A stretch of DNA of 64,000 nt from Dendrobates tinctorius. Its lineage: Eukaryota. The stretch is from positions 7,564,001 to 7,628,000 of the forward strand of contig NW_027361709.1 of NCBI RefSeq assembly GCF_039654945.1, in the 5' to 3' direction. The translations under genes were made by a program, and so were the position numbers. The notes under the pieces are model-generated. The model did not search any database and had not been told where the DNA came from. It saw nothing but the letters and a program-made list of their open reading frames with translations. Of the stretch, positions 37,192 through 50,169 are shown piece after piece. Position 1 is the stretch's first letter. Every line of letters begins with the position of its first letter.

Positions 37192-37756
37192 CTGGACATA
37201 AAGCAAAGACATGAGCCGTGACATCACACATCGCCCCACACCGACAGATGACATCAGCAGTAAACATCTCCTCTCAGATTGCTGGAAGTTACAGGCCTGT
37301 CACCTGCAGAGCTAATGTTTCCAATCCGTGAGACTCGGAGCGTGTCCTATTCTCATCAGTTTTGTGAATCAGACTCGGCCACTAAATTCTATGAGGCTCC
37401 GTATAAAACGAATGAAGCACAAAAGAAACTTTGTACTACAGTGACACATCTGTGTTTCATCCGAATTAACTAATCCAATGCGAGTCAATGAATAAAAGAA
37501 AGTTTACACAGTTTACACCTCCTTCAGTTTTTTAAAAAGTATGAGGAAAAACAGATGGAACATTGTTGACACGAGAGAAGAACTGTCTGTTTTTGATGGA
37601 TTTAACCCCTTCATGACCCAGCCTATTTGACCTTAATGACCTGGCCATTTTTTGCAATTCTGACCAGTGTCCCTTTATGAGGTAGAAAAATATTCAGGAT
37701 TGAGAGTCCTCAGTAGTTGATACCTTTTAATGGCTAACTGAAAAGATGGTAATACA

Positions 37757-37797
37757 TTGCAAGCTTTCGAGACTACTCAGGTCTCTTCATCAGGCTA
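37757..37797 (-). ncRNA. Minimal hammerhead ribozyme motif within a Penelope-like fragment of about 210 bp (about 37685-37898)
   Basis: Minus strand UAGC-CUGAUGA-A-GAGAC-CUGAGUA-GUCUC-GAAAG-CUU-GCAA: both core boxes, perfect 5-bp stem II, palindromic AAGCUU stem III; stem I is short. Confidence 0.7.
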
Positions 37798-39483
37798 GAC
37801 TAATACAAAATCTGAAGTCACATATTTATGCACAATACAGCCTAGAAAAAATGCAATAGATAAGACAAGTGACGTGAAGCAGAACTATCAATATGGGAGA
37901 TAACTCAGGAACGCTTCAACGGATCCTAGCGATTCTGAGACTGTTTTTTCGTGACATATTGGGCTTCATGTTAGTGGTAAATTTAGGTTGATAATTTTTG
38001 CATTTATTTGTGAAAAAAACGGAAATTTGGCGAAAATTTCACAATTTTCACATTTTGAATTTTTATTCCGTTAAACCAGAGAGTTATGTGACACAAAATA
38101 GTTAATAAATAACATTTCCCACATGTCTACTTTACATCAGCACAATTTTGGAAACAAAATTTTTTTTGTTAGGAAGTTATAAGGGTTAAAAGTTGACCAG
38201 CGATTTCTCATTTTTACAACAAAATTTACAAAACCATTTTTTTTTAGGGACGACCTCACATTTGAAGTCACTTTGAGGGGTCTATATGGCAGAAAATACC
38301 CAAAATTGACACCATTCTAAAAACTGCACCCCTCAAGCTACTCAAAACTACATTCAAGAAGATTATTAACCCTTCAGGTGCTTCACTGCAGCTAAAGCAA
38401 TGTGGAAGGAAAAAATGGACATTTTATTTTTTCCAACAAAAATTTTCTTTTAGCATCAATTTTTTCATTTTCACATGGGTAACAGGATAAAATGGATTCT
38501 AAAATTTGTTGGGCAATTTCTCCTGAGTACACCGATACCTCATACGTGGTTATAAACCACTGTTTGGGCGCACGGCAGGGCCCGGAAGGGAAGGAGCACC
38601 ATTTGACTTTTTGAATGGAAAATTAGCTCCAATCGTTAGCGGACACCATGTCGTGTTTGGAGAGCTCCTGTGTACCTAAACATTGGAGCTCCCCCACAAG
38701 TGACCCCATTTTGGAAACTAGACACCCCAAAGAGCTTATCTAGATGTGTAGTGAGCACTTTGAACCCCCAAGTGCTTCACAGAAGTTTAAAACGCAGAGC
38801 CATGAAAATAAAAAAATCATTTTTTTTCCTCAAAAATGATTTTTTAGCCCGTTATTTTTTATTTTCACAAGGGTAACAGGATAAATTGGACCCCAAAATT
38901 TGTTGTCCAGTTTGTCCTGAGTACGCTGGTACCCCATATGTGGGGGGGAACCACTGTTTGGGCACACGTCGGGGCTCGGAAGGGAAGTAGTGACGTTTTT
39001 AAATACCGACTTGATGGAATGGTCTGCGTGCGTCATGTTACATTTGCAGAGCCTCTGATGTGCCTAAACAGTGGAAACCCCTCCACAAGTGACCCCATTT
39101 TGGAAACTAGACCCACCAAGGAACTTATCTAGATGTGTGGTGAGCACTTTGAACCTCCAAGTGCTTCACAGAAGTTTATAACGCAGAACCGTGAAAATAA
39201 AAAAAAAAATTTTCACAAAATTTTTTTTTTTAGCCCCAATATTTTATTTTCTCAAGGGTAACCAGAGAAATTAGACCCCCAAAGTTGTTGTGCAATTTTT
39301 CCCGAGTACGCTGATACCCCATATGTGGGGGTAAACCACTGTTTGGGCACACGTCGGGGCTCGGAATGGAGGGAGCGCTGTTTGACTTTTTGAACGCAAA
39401 ATTGGCTGGAATAAATCATGGCGCCATGTCGCGTTGAGACCCCGTGATGTGCCTAAACAGTCGAAACCCCTCAATTCCAACTC

Positions 39484-39712
39484 TAACCCCAACACACCAC
39501 TAACCCTACCCTAATCATAACCCTAACTACAACCCTAACCCCCCAACACACCCCTAAACCTAATCCCAACTAACCCTAACCACAAGCCTAACCCTAAGCC
39601 TAACCCTAATCCCAACCCACCCCTAACCTTCATCTTAACCCTAATTCCAGCCCTAACCCTATTTCTAATTCTAACCCCAATTCCAACCCTAATTCCAACC
39701 GTAACCCTAATT
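39484..39712. repeat. Degenerate telomere-like (CCCTAA)n tract inside the piggyBac-type element
   Basis: Many CCCTAA/CCCTAAT/CCCAA variants. Confidence 0.85.
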
Positions 39713-40272
39713 GGAAAAAAAAATTTTCTTTTTATTTTGTTTGTGCCTGGCTATGGGGGTGATAAACGGGGGGTGCATTTACTTTTTTTTTTCATTTTGA
39801 TCACTGTGAGAGTTTATCACAGTGATCAAAATGAAAAATGAATGGGAGGCCGGCAAATTCATGGGCACCGCCATCTTGGAAATCGGAAGGTGGGGGGGGA
39901 ACAGATGATGATGGCGGCGCGCGTGTGTGTGTGTGGTGTCGGTGTCCAGCCATGTCCGATGCTATTACAGCATCGGCCATGGCTGGATTGTAATATTTCA
40001 CTAAATTTCATTGGTGAAATATTACAAATCGCTCTGATTGGCTGTTAAAAATTAAACAGCCAATCAGAGCGATCGTAGGCACGTGGGATTAACCATAGAG
40101 TGTCCTCTGTGTGCGGGTTGGGTGACCTTTCAGTGACCTCGGTCACCCGACCCAGAGGAGGGCGATTTATAGCATGACGCCTACGTAGGCGTCATGGGTC
40201 GTGAAGGGGTTAAGCACAGAAATGGATGTGTGACTGCAGCCTTACAAAGAGGAAAAATGCAGAATTTACAAC

Positions 40273-40331
40273 CTTGAACACTTTCTCCATATTTCATGAC
40301 TGAGGCTTCCAGCATCTGAGATTTCCGCAGC
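40273..40331 (-). CDS. dalrd3: DALRD3 exon 7 (LRKSQMLEASVMKYGESVQ)
   Basis: ttccccag acceptor, gttgta donor, phase 2-1; resembles human LRHTQVCKASALKHG. Confidence 0.9.
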
Positions 40332-41654
40332 CTGGGGAAAACAATTGGAAATAATTACCATAAGATACAGCAATGAGTGGCCATGTGAGTAATATATATC
40401 TGAAAAAAACAGGATTTTTGGTTGCTTACCGTAAAATATGTTTCTCGGAGCCTTCATTGGGGGACACAGGAACCATGGGTGTATGCTGCTGCCACTAGGA
40501 GGCTGACACTATGCAAATAAAAAAGTTAGCTCCTCCTCTGCAGTATACACCCCACCAACTGGCGCTCGATTAATCAGTTAGTGAGAAAGCAGTAGGAGAA
40601 GCAACAGAATAGAGAACAGGCAGGCAACTCAACTAGAACTATATTACACAGAACAAAGTACGGAAGTTGAAACATGGGAGGGTGCTGTGTCCCCCAATGA
40701 AGGCTCCGAGAAACAGATTTTACGGTAAGCAACCAGAAATCCTGTTTTCTCTATCGCTTCATTGGGGGACACAGGAACCATGGGACGTCCTAAAGCAGTC
40801 CCTGGGGTGGGAAACAAACTTCCATTAGGTCAGCGGACTCACCACCGCCGCCCGTAAGATCCTTCTTCCTAGGCTGGCATCCGCCGAAGCGTAGGAGTGG
40901 ACCTTGTAAAATTTTGCAAACGTGTGAACAGAGGACCAGATTGCAGCCTTACAAAGCTGCAGCGCAAAAGCCCTGTGGTGTACCGCCCAGGAGGCGCCCA
41001 CTGCCCGGGTGGAGTGAGCCTTAATCCCAGAAGGGGGCACTCTGGTCTTGATCCGGTAAGCCTCTAAGATTGCCGATCTAATCCAGTGAGCAATAGTCGC
41101 CTTGGAGGCCGGCAAGCCTTTTCGTGCACCATCTGGGATGACGAAAAGGGAGTCTGTCTTCCAGAATGCATCAGTTCTAGCCAAATAGACCGTCGTCGCC
41201 CTGACCAGGTCTAGTCTGTTCAAGGAGCATTCCCGGGGAATGAACTGGAGCTGGGCAGAAAGAAGGTAGAACAATGTCTTAATTCAGGTGGAAAGCAGAT
41301 ACCACCTTGGGGAGGAAGGACGGTGGAGCCCGTAGAACCACTTTATCTTGGTGAATCACCAAAAAAGGAGGTCGACAAGAAAGAGCCGCCAACTCTGAGA
41401 TACGACGGATGGAAGTAATGGCCACGAGAAAGGCCACTTTCCAACAGAGAAAGGACAGAGAAACATCCTTGAGAGGCTCAAAGGGGGGGAACCTTGCAGA
41501 GACTCTAGGACTAGATTGAGATCCCAGGGATCCACTGGAGACCGATAGGGCAGAAATGCTTGGGCTGCCCCTTGCAAAAAGGTTTTGACCTGCGGCCGAG
41601 AGGATAGCGTCTTCTCGAAAAGAATTGAAAACGCCAAAACTTGACCCTTTAGAG

Positions 41655-43709
41655 CAGTGGTCTCCAACCTTTTTTGCACCAGGGACCGGTTTCAAGCAAG
41701 ACCATTCTTCCATGGCCCGGCAGGGCGGGGCTTTGGTCATAAGGGGGCGAGGCTATGGACGCAGTTGTAGTGTAGCAGTGCATACTTATAATTAAATAAC
41801 TTTTATAATGTGACTCAACTCACCATAGGTTTTGAATGAGTGCTCCATCACCCCCTTCTCCCCATCATTGCCTTCACCCCATCACTGCCATCTCTCCATC
41901 ATTGCCTTCAATCCATCACTGCTGTCTCCCCATCATTGCCTTCACCCCATCACTCCCCTCTCCCCATCATTGCCTTCACCCCATCACTGCTGTCTCCCCA
42001 TCATTGCCTTCACCCCATCACTGCTGTCTCCCCATCATTGCCTTCACCCCATCACTGCTGTCACCCCATCACTGCTGTCTCCCCATCATTGCCTTCACCC
42101 CATCACTCCTCTCCCCATCATTGCCTTCACCCCATCACTCCCTTCTCCCCATCATTGCCTTCACCCCATCACTCCCCTCTCCCCATCATTGCCTTTACCC
42201 CATCATTGCCTTCACCCCATCACTGCCGTCTCTCCATCATTGCCTTCACCCCATCACTGCTGTCTCCCCATCATTGCCTTCACCCCATCACTGCTGTCTC
42301 CCCATCATTGCCTTCACCCCATCACTCCCCTCTCCCCATCATTGCCTTCACCCCATCACTGCTGTCTCCCCATCATTGCCTTCTCCCCATCACTCCCTTC
42401 TCCCCATCATTGCCTTCACCCCATCACTGCTGTCTCCCCATCATTGCCTTCACCCCATCACTCCCCTCTCCCCATCATTGCCTTTACCCCATCATTGCCT
42501 TCACCCCATCACTGCCGTCTGTCCATCATTGCCTTCACCCCATCACTGCCGTCTGTCCATCATTGCCTTCACCCCATCACTGCCGTCTCCCCATCATTGA
42601 CTTCACCCCATCACTGCCGTCTCCCCATCATTGCCTTCACCCCATCACTCCCTTCTCCCCATCATTGCCTTCACCCCATCACTGCTGTCTCCCCATCATT
42701 GCCTTCACCCCATCACTGCTGTCTCCCCATCATTGCATTCACCCCATCACTGCTGTCTCCTCATCATTGCCTTCATCCCATCACTCCCCTCTCCCCATCA
42801 TTGCCTTCACCCCATCACTGCTGTCTCCCCATCATTGCCTTCACCCCATCACTCCCCTCTCCCCATCATTGCCTTCACCCCATCACTGCTGTCTCCCCAT
42901 CATTGCCTTCACCCCATCACTGCTGTCTCCCCATCATTGCCTTCACCCCATCACTCCCCTCTCCCCATCATTGCCTTCACCCCATCACTGCTGTCTCCCC
43001 ATCATTGCCTTCACCCCATCACTCCCCTCTCCCCATCATTGCCTTCACCCCATCACTGCTGTCTCCCCATCATTGCCTTCATCCCATCACTCCCCTCTCC
43101 CCATCATTGCCTTCACCCCATCACTGCTGTCTCCCCATCATTGCCTTCACCCCATCACTCCCGTCTCTCCATCACTCCCCTCATGGTCTTCTCCTCATGT
43201 CCCCATCTCCTCCAGGGCCAGGCTACACAAACACAGACCAACGCACACACACACACACACACAAAACACACACACACACGGCCAGGCTACACACACACAA
43301 AAAACACACACACACACAGGGCCAGGCTACCTACACACACACACACACACACACACACGGCCAGGCTACACACACAGACACCACCTCTCTCCTCTCACCT
43401 GTCGCAGCATCGCCCGCGCTTCCTCGCTCTGACACAGCAGCGGCGCGCTCCTCTCTGTGTCAGTCAGAGACAGGAAGCGCGGGCGGCGGGCAGGAAGCTG
43501 GACGGGTCCTTGCAGCTCCGCTCCTGCTATTCCCTCTTGCAGGCAGCGGAGCTGCTTGATCGCTCCCTGGCCGCCGCTATGAACTGCTGCGCGCCGCCCC
43601 AGCCCCCACTACGCCACTGACCGCCCCTGGCTCCCCTTGTGTCCGCGGACCGGCAAGGGCACTGCAGCGGCCCGGTGCTGGGCCGCGGACCGGCGGTTGG
43701 GGACCCCTG
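41655..43709. mobile_element. hAT (Charlie-like) MITE carrying a minisatellite and (CA)n
   Basis: 8-bp TSD CTTTAGAG (41647-41654, 43710-43717); TIR CAGTGGTCTCCAACC / GGTTGGGGACCCCTG. Confidence 0.92.
41846..43183. repeat. 34-bp (2 x 17-bp) C-rich minisatellite
   Basis: Alternating CCCCATCATTGCCTTCA and CCCCATCACTGCTGTCT subunits. Confidence 0.95.
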
Positions 43710-43912
43710 CTTTAGAGAACTAAGGGCCAGACCAGCGTCCAGGCCTACCTGGAGGAATGCTAAAATTAAAGGGAGCAAGAAAGACATTGGCGGAATGCGA
43801 TTGGACCCGCACCAACGAAAATACGCCTTCCATGTTCGATAGTATATTCTGGAAGATGAAGGCTTCCTAGCCCGGATGATTGTGTGAATTACCCGATCTG
43901 AAAAACCTGACT

Positions 43913-45783
43913 TCAGCACCGCGGTCTCAATGGCCACGCCGTCAAATTGAGCGACCGAGAATTGGGGTGGTAAATTGGACCCTGAGACAGCAGATCTGGT
44001 CTGTCTGGAAGTGTCCAAGGAGCGTTAGCGAGAAGGTTGACTATGTCCGCGAACCAAGACCTTCTGGGCCAATCCAGCGCGATGAGGATGACTGGTACCC
44101 CTTCTGCCTTGATCTTCAACAGCTTGGGGAGAAGAGGAAGGGGAGGGAACAGATAGGGGAGTGCGAACTGTGACCAAGCAATGGTCAGAGCATCTGCGCC
44201 CACCGTGAGGGGGTTGCGGGCCCTGGATACGAACCGTGGAACTTTCCTGTTCAGACGGGACACCATCAGATCCACGTCCGGAGTACCCCATCGAAGGCAA
44301 ATCCGATGGAAGACTTCCTGATGCAGAGACCATTCCCCTGCTGCGAGGCGCTTGCGGCTGAGAAAATCGGCGGCCTCGTTTTCCACGCCAGGAATGTGTA
44401 CGGCGGATATCGCTGGGACTGACATTTCTGCCCAATGAAGTATCTTGGATACCTCGGCCAACGCCAAGGAACTCCGAGTCCCTCCCTGGTGTGTGACATA
44501 TGCCACCGCTGTGGCATTGTCCATCTGAATCCGAATTGGCAGACCCTTGAGCAGCTTGTCCCAATGAATCAGGGACAGGAAAATAGCCTGTATCTCTAGG
44601 ACGTTGATCGGAAATGTCGCTTCTTGCGTCAACCAACGGCCCTGTACTGTGAGATGGCGAAACACTGCGACCCAGCCGAGAAGGCTGGCGTCTGTCGTCA
44701 CCCCTTGCCAATGTACCGGAAGGAACGACCGGCCTTGGGTGATGAGAGGAGATGTTAGCCACCAATTGAGGGACATTTTGACACGAAATGAGTCGAATCG
44801 GACGATCCAGGGAGGAGACAGACCTGTTCCACTGAGACAGAATGGCCCGCTGAAGCGGTCTTGAGTGGAATTGGGCAAAGGGAATCGCCTCCGACGTTGC
44901 AACCATCCTCCCTAGGACTCTCATGGCTGATTGGAGAGAAGTGAGTTGGGGGCCCTGAAGCAAGGGAACATCCCGCCGACGAGTTACTCTCTTGTCCTCG
45001 GGAAGGAAGGCCTTTGCCTGACGGGTGTCGAAAAGTATGCCTAGAAACACAAGGCGTTGTGTTGGAACCAGGCAGTACTTTTTTGTGTTGATGATCCACC
45101 CGAATCGGGCGAGAGTGTCGCAGACAATGGTCAGACTTTCGAGAGCCTGGGGCAAGGATGGAGCTTTGATGAGGATGTCGTCGAGGTACGGAAAGAGCAC
45201 GAGACCTCTGATCCTCAAAATGGCCATCAACGCTGCCATGATTTTTTGTAAAAACCCTGGGGGCGGTGGCGAGACCGAACGGCAACGCGACAAACTGGAA
45301 GTGATCCTGATGTATCGCGAACCGCAGGAATTTCTGATGACCCAAGAACATTGGGACATGTAGATAGGCGTCCTGAATGTCTATGGAGCACAGGAATTCT
45401 TGTGCCTCCATGGAAGCGATTACTGAACGAAGGGACTCCATCCTGAAATGTCGCAGACGGACCCTTTTGTTCAGTACTTTTAAATCCAGAATGGGCCGAA
45501 CCGTGCCGCCTTTTTTCGGTACTACAAACCGGTTTGAATAGAAACCTGTGAAGCACTCTTTTTCTGGTACGTGAACAGTCACTCCCGACCTGAGAAGAGA
45601 GGTGAACGCTGTAAAGAAACCCGGAACCAAGGCGGGGTCTTTCGGGGGCCGGGATTCGAAGAATCGATCCCGAGGATGAGAAACAAATTCTGTTTTGTAT
45701 CCCGAAGATACAACTTCCCTGACCCAAGCGTCTTCCACCGAGGCAAGCCAGACGTCCCTGAAGGCAAGAAGACGGCCACCCAC
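43913..45783 (-). pseudogene. DIRS1 pol (RT, RNase H, methyltransferase-like), frameshifted
   Basis: VPKKGGTVRPILDLK, SIDIQDAYLH, LPFGLATAPRVF, PYLDDILI, TTDAS, INVLE, DNATAVAY, PDVDLM, YLFPP across three ORFs. Confidence 0.92.
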
Positions 45784-45814
45784 CTGGGGGGATGCGCCGG
45801 TGTTTTGATGCCAG

Positions 45815-47273
45815 TCATGCGGAGGAAGATCTTCCAGGTCTGGCCCTGGTAGATCTACCCTGGGAAGAATGAGATCGCCAGGAAGAAGAGAGCCTAAAGG
45901 AGACTCTTTTCCTATCTTGGCGCGCTTGAGGCCTCTGCTGGTGGGAAGACGTTTCTGCTGTCGAGAAGCAACGAAAAGGCCGAAAGGGTCGAAACTGACG
46001 TTTCGGAGGAGGCCAACGAGGTTTTGACTGGGGAAGAATGGAGCTTGTGCCCCTGGTGGCGTCCTTAATAATCTGGTCCAGCCTATCGCCGAAGAGGCGC
46101 GATCCCTGAAACAGTAAGCTGGTGAGGGACTTCGTTGACGATAAATCCGCTTGCCAAGCCTTAAGCCAAACTGTGCGCCTAATAGCCACCAAGTTGCTCA
46201 GTGCCTGAGCTGCGCAAGATGCGGCATCCAGGGAGGCAGAGACCAAATATTTACCTGCGTGCGAAACTTGGTCGGCGAGGTCCGCCAGCTGCTCTGGCTG
46301 GTCTCCAGCTAGAATGCCTTGGCGGAGGTCCTTAGCCCATTTTGCTATGGCCTTAGAAGCCCAAGTAGAAGCGAATGCCGAGCTTAGAACAGATGCCGCC
46401 GCTTCGAAAGCTGACTTCGCAAAAGATTCTAGGACTCTGTCATTAGGGTCTCCTAGAGATGCTCCCCCAGAAATCGGAAGGACCGTGTTGTTAGATAGTC
46501 TTGAAACCGGCGGGTCCACGGCCGGTGAAGCTGACCAGTCTGCAATGAGTTCCGGCAAGAAAGGATATAACACACCAAGGCGTTTTCCTCTTTGGAAGCG
46601 CCTGGTCGGATTTTCTCTCTCTCTGGAAAGAATGTTCTGGAACTCCGAATGATGAGCGAAGACCTTGGAAGGTGGTTTAGACAGTCTGAAGGAAACCTCC
46701 TGGTCCGTGGGTGAATCTTTGATATTGAAGGACTGGTTAATCGCTGTAAAGAGGCTCTGAACCATATCCCTCATATCAGCGATTTGGTCCGAATCCAACT
46801 CCAAAACATTCTCAGAGGGCACATCCGAGAAAGCCTCGCCTCGCCTGGCTCAGGGGAGGAAGATCGTGATAAGGGATGCCGCTGGGATGGACTATGGGGC
46901 GATGCGGAACGGGAAGAGGAACCAGACCGGTGCTCCCGTCTGGCTGTTTTGCGGCTAATATTAGCAGGCTCGATTGGAGCTTCCTGTGACCTGCTGGGTT
47001 CTGCCAAAGACTGCAGTGGCAACTTATCCAGTACGGACACTAAGGTCTGAGACACCTTGGTGAGGTCCGCCACAGATTGTGACAGAGAGGAAGCCCACCC
47101 TGGGATAGGGGCCTCAACCTCACTCGGGACGACCGGGGGCTCCTGGGTGGTGGGTTCAATGGGCTTTCTGCAGTCCTGACAGAGGGGAGAAATTTGCGTT
47201 TGCAAGAAGAACATGCAAAATGACTGACTACCACGGAGGAAGAAGCAGAGCGGAGTGGTTTAGAATTTGACAT
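45815..47273 (-). pseudogene. DIRS1 ORF1 (gag-like), frameshifted
   Basis: N-terminal CxxC pairs, PAVDPPVSRL, AIRRTVWLKAW, LFGDRLDQII; position upstream of pol. Confidence 0.8.
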
Positions 47274-48398
47274 GGTGAGCTAACCCACTAACAGTGCCAG
47301 ACGGTTAGGGGACGGAGAGCTGAGGAGGGTGTCAGTCTGCAGTGCAGAGCTACTCACGGAACCGGTGTCCTGAAGCGACTTCCAGTAAGGGACTGCACAG
47401 CACTCTGGAAATGCAGACTGAAGAGAAGACGAGCAGCTGACAGGCTGAGGGGAATGGAGCTGTGAGAGAAAAGCACGCGCTCCTGAAAATGGTGGGCGGT
47501 AATTAGCTCACGAGAGGGGGGCGGAGCTAACCGCTCTCAGGAGCACAAAGATGGCACTACTCCCTGCCTATAGGATGACTGGGAGGAGTGGGCGGGGCCA
47601 TGCTTCGCCTCTAGCCCTTAATGAAGCGGTGGGCGGCGCAAGACGGGCGGGAATGTCCTCTCGGAAGAAAAACCCGCCCGAAAAAAGGGGCGTGGCCTCT
47701 CAGAACTAGGCCCGAACAGAAGCCGGGGCCTGAATTAGAAACGGCGGCCGCCGGAGGGCGTGGAGGCCTTACAAGGAACGCAGTTCCGTGCACTAGCAGC
47801 CTGATATGCGGTGAAATTAGGTAACGTCCTAATGGTGAGGTACTGATGCCCGTTTCCCACCGCCCAGGTTGAGAATGCTACTGCCAGGAGGAAGGGAGAG
47901 GGGCTCAGACTGCCGATACTTACCTTCTGCAGTCCTGACCTACCTCATTATCCAGTGGGAAATTATGCAGACCGTGTCTCCATCGACCGACAGGCTCTGG
48001 TGGGCGAGAGACAGATGGGAAGCCCAAACTCGCATCCGTGTTCCTGCCCGGTAGACATGAGGATACAGGGTGGCAGTACACGCCGTACTCATAGTCTCTT
48101 TGTATGAATACAGATGTGACTATTCACTCTGTATCCCTCCGGAAACCTGTAAAGGAACGACGCACACTGAGGTAGATAAGGGTCTAATGAAAGACCCGTG
48201 TCCACCTCCTACTGACACTAAGCTAAACTGATTAATCGAGCGCCAGTCAGTGGGGTGTATACTGCGGAGGAGGATCTAACTTTATTTGCATAGTGTCAGC
48301 AGCATACACCCATGGTTCCTGTGTCCCCCAATGAAGCGATAGAGAAAACAGCATTTTGAATAATGTGCAGCACTCTGTTCTGATCCCCAACGCATATA

Positions 48399-48812
48399 CA
48401 TTATATGGAGAAAAGTATAGGACCATATGTCTTAACCACTGAATTCCGTTTTCAACATCAGCACAAACACTGCTCCTCCAACGGGAGCTTCTTGGCCGAG
48501 CAGCTGCATGCAGCTGTACATCACCAAGCACAATGCAGAGCATCAGATGGAGTGGTGTCGGATGGAGTGGTGTAAAGATGCTACCACTGGAGTCGAGGAG
48601 ACGTGTTCTGTGCATTGACTGTTCACACTTCTCTATTTGGCATCTGGTAGATGAGCCTGGTTTTGGTGAATGTCAGGAGGACGTTACCCCCTGATTGCAT
48701 TGTGCCCGCAGTACAGATGGTGGAGGAGGATAATGCTATGGGCTGTAATCAGGGGGTTGGTCAGAAAAGCTTCTGGATGGGGGGGGGGGCACATACTTTT
48801 CTCCATATAGTG
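48399..48812 (+). mobile_element. Short degenerate Tc1-derived element
   Basis: TIR CATTATATGGAGAAAAGTAT / ATACTTTTCTCCATATAGTG with TA flanks. Confidence 0.65.
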
Positions 48813-48983
48813 TACCTGTGAAAATCTGAACAACTTTTTGCCACCACTAGAGGGCAGTCTGTATACATTTGTCGCAGCCATAGATGGATCATCCCCTTGC
48901 GATCTAAACAGACAGGAGAGGTGAGGTAGTTACTGTTGTGTAATGATAGTGTGTCCTCAACACATCACCTAAGAAGAACTTAC

Positions 48984-49054
48984 TGAAGGTACTGAGCACA
49001 GCCGATGGGTGTTGCAGAGTGGAGAGCTTTTACAGGACCACATATCAGATGCTT
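48984..49054 (-). CDS. dalrd3: DALRD3 exon 6 (KHLICGPVKALHSATPIGCAQYLQ)
   Basis: tttacag acceptor, gtaagt donor; conserved KHLICGPVK. Confidence 0.95.
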
Positions 49055-49968
49055 CTGTAAAATGAGCAACAATAACATCAGATCTATAATACACAGGGGC
49101 CACCGAAACCTGATGCCTGTTATTGAGTTTGTACTAATTTGCAGATGCAGAGCTGCAGTGTAAAGCATGACGGATGGACAGTGCAGTCTGACACAGGGTT
49201 ATTTGAAACAGCCTGAGGACAATAGTAGACACTGCAGCTGTGCAAAGAGCAATGACCATCATTGTGACTGCGAGACCCCCTCCTAGTGCACGCTATCCCT
49301 CTTTATGGGCATTCCCTGTATACCAGGTCCTGGTAATGTGCAGTAACATTTGTACAAATCCTTACAATACACATTAGCTGATCTGCTCTACTACAGTATT
49401 ATACAGGGCCGGACCCGACTCAGGAAACTGAGCCCCCCCGTAATCTCAGAGCAGGATCAGGAGCTGTAACTGCAGGAAGTGTCTCATCCCGCAGCTCAAA
49501 TTAACCCCGTGCCTCCAGAATAGACATTTCTATATAGTCAGAACACACAAATACTGCTCACGTCTCTAGTGCATTGCAAACTGTGGCTGAACTACAACTC
49601 CCAGCACAACAGCAAGTTTCATTTTTTTCTGTATTTCATCTGGATGGAAAACAAATTACAAAAGGGACACTTAGGTAGTGCAGAATATAAAACACGACAC
49701 AACAGCCCTCCGGGTGACCAGATGAACGCCACCTTGATAATCTAGACTCTCTTTAATACTTTCAGACGAAACCTTGTGAGAATCGGGCATCAACATATCA
49801 CACATAGCAAAATCTTGGATAAAGTTGTGCTGGCACTTATGGGGGCATTGTACCCAGCACTCAAACTGTGGCTGGATATATGGGGCCTCTTGAGGTGCAA
49901 GTGAAAAACCTGCTGCAACATCCATGTTGTGCATCTTTAGAGGGAAATAATGTTTGATTTGTGAGTAC

Positions 49969-50079
49969 CTGAGTGACATCTCCATTGCCGGGGACAATCA
50001 ACCTCCAGAGAAGGTCCAGTTTCTGCTGATGGAACTCCTCCTCGCAGCTGACTACGTGTAACACCATAACAGGGGACGT
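49969..50079 (-). CDS. dalrd3: DALRD3 exon 5 ([28 protein letters not shown]...)
   Basis: ttaacag acceptor, gtactc donor; conserved [18 protein letters not shown]. Confidence 0.95.
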
Positions 50080-50169
50080 CTGTTAAAAATGTGAAAAAAA
50101 ATCTTAATTATGAGAATATTCAGAATGGTAAAAACAGGGCATCTAGAGGAAGCTTGTATCATTACTTAC

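Larger units (their letters stand above)
37606..40209. mobile_element. Non-autonomous piggyBac-type element with internal repeats of about 390 bp and a degenerate (CCCTAA)n tract
   Basis: TTAA at 37602-37605 and 40210-40213; TIR CCCCTTCATGACCCA / TGGGTCGTGAAGGGG. Confidence 0.88.
40825..43940 (-). pseudogene. DIRS1 tyrosine recombinase, split by a hAT MITE and frameshifted
   Basis: ...ALSSLK | GQVLAFS... across the insertion; catalytic-type motifs RISEL, AHSTR, W and FAKFY. Confidence 0.88.
40406..48348 (-). mobile_element. DIRS1-type tyrosine-recombinase retrotransposon, near full length, frameshifted
   Basis: Inverted terminal repeats (about 40406-40580 and 48225-48348) and an internal complementary region (about 40686-40783) joining both termini (AAATCCTGTTTTCTCTATCGC); gag-like, RT (YLDD), RNase H (TTDAS), MT-like and YR fragments. 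Confidence 0.96.

Noticed and set aside
41832-43620. 575, 530, 329 and 254 aa Pro/His-rich ORFs
   Set aside because: Translations of the 34-bp minisatellite and (CA)n inside a hAT MITE.
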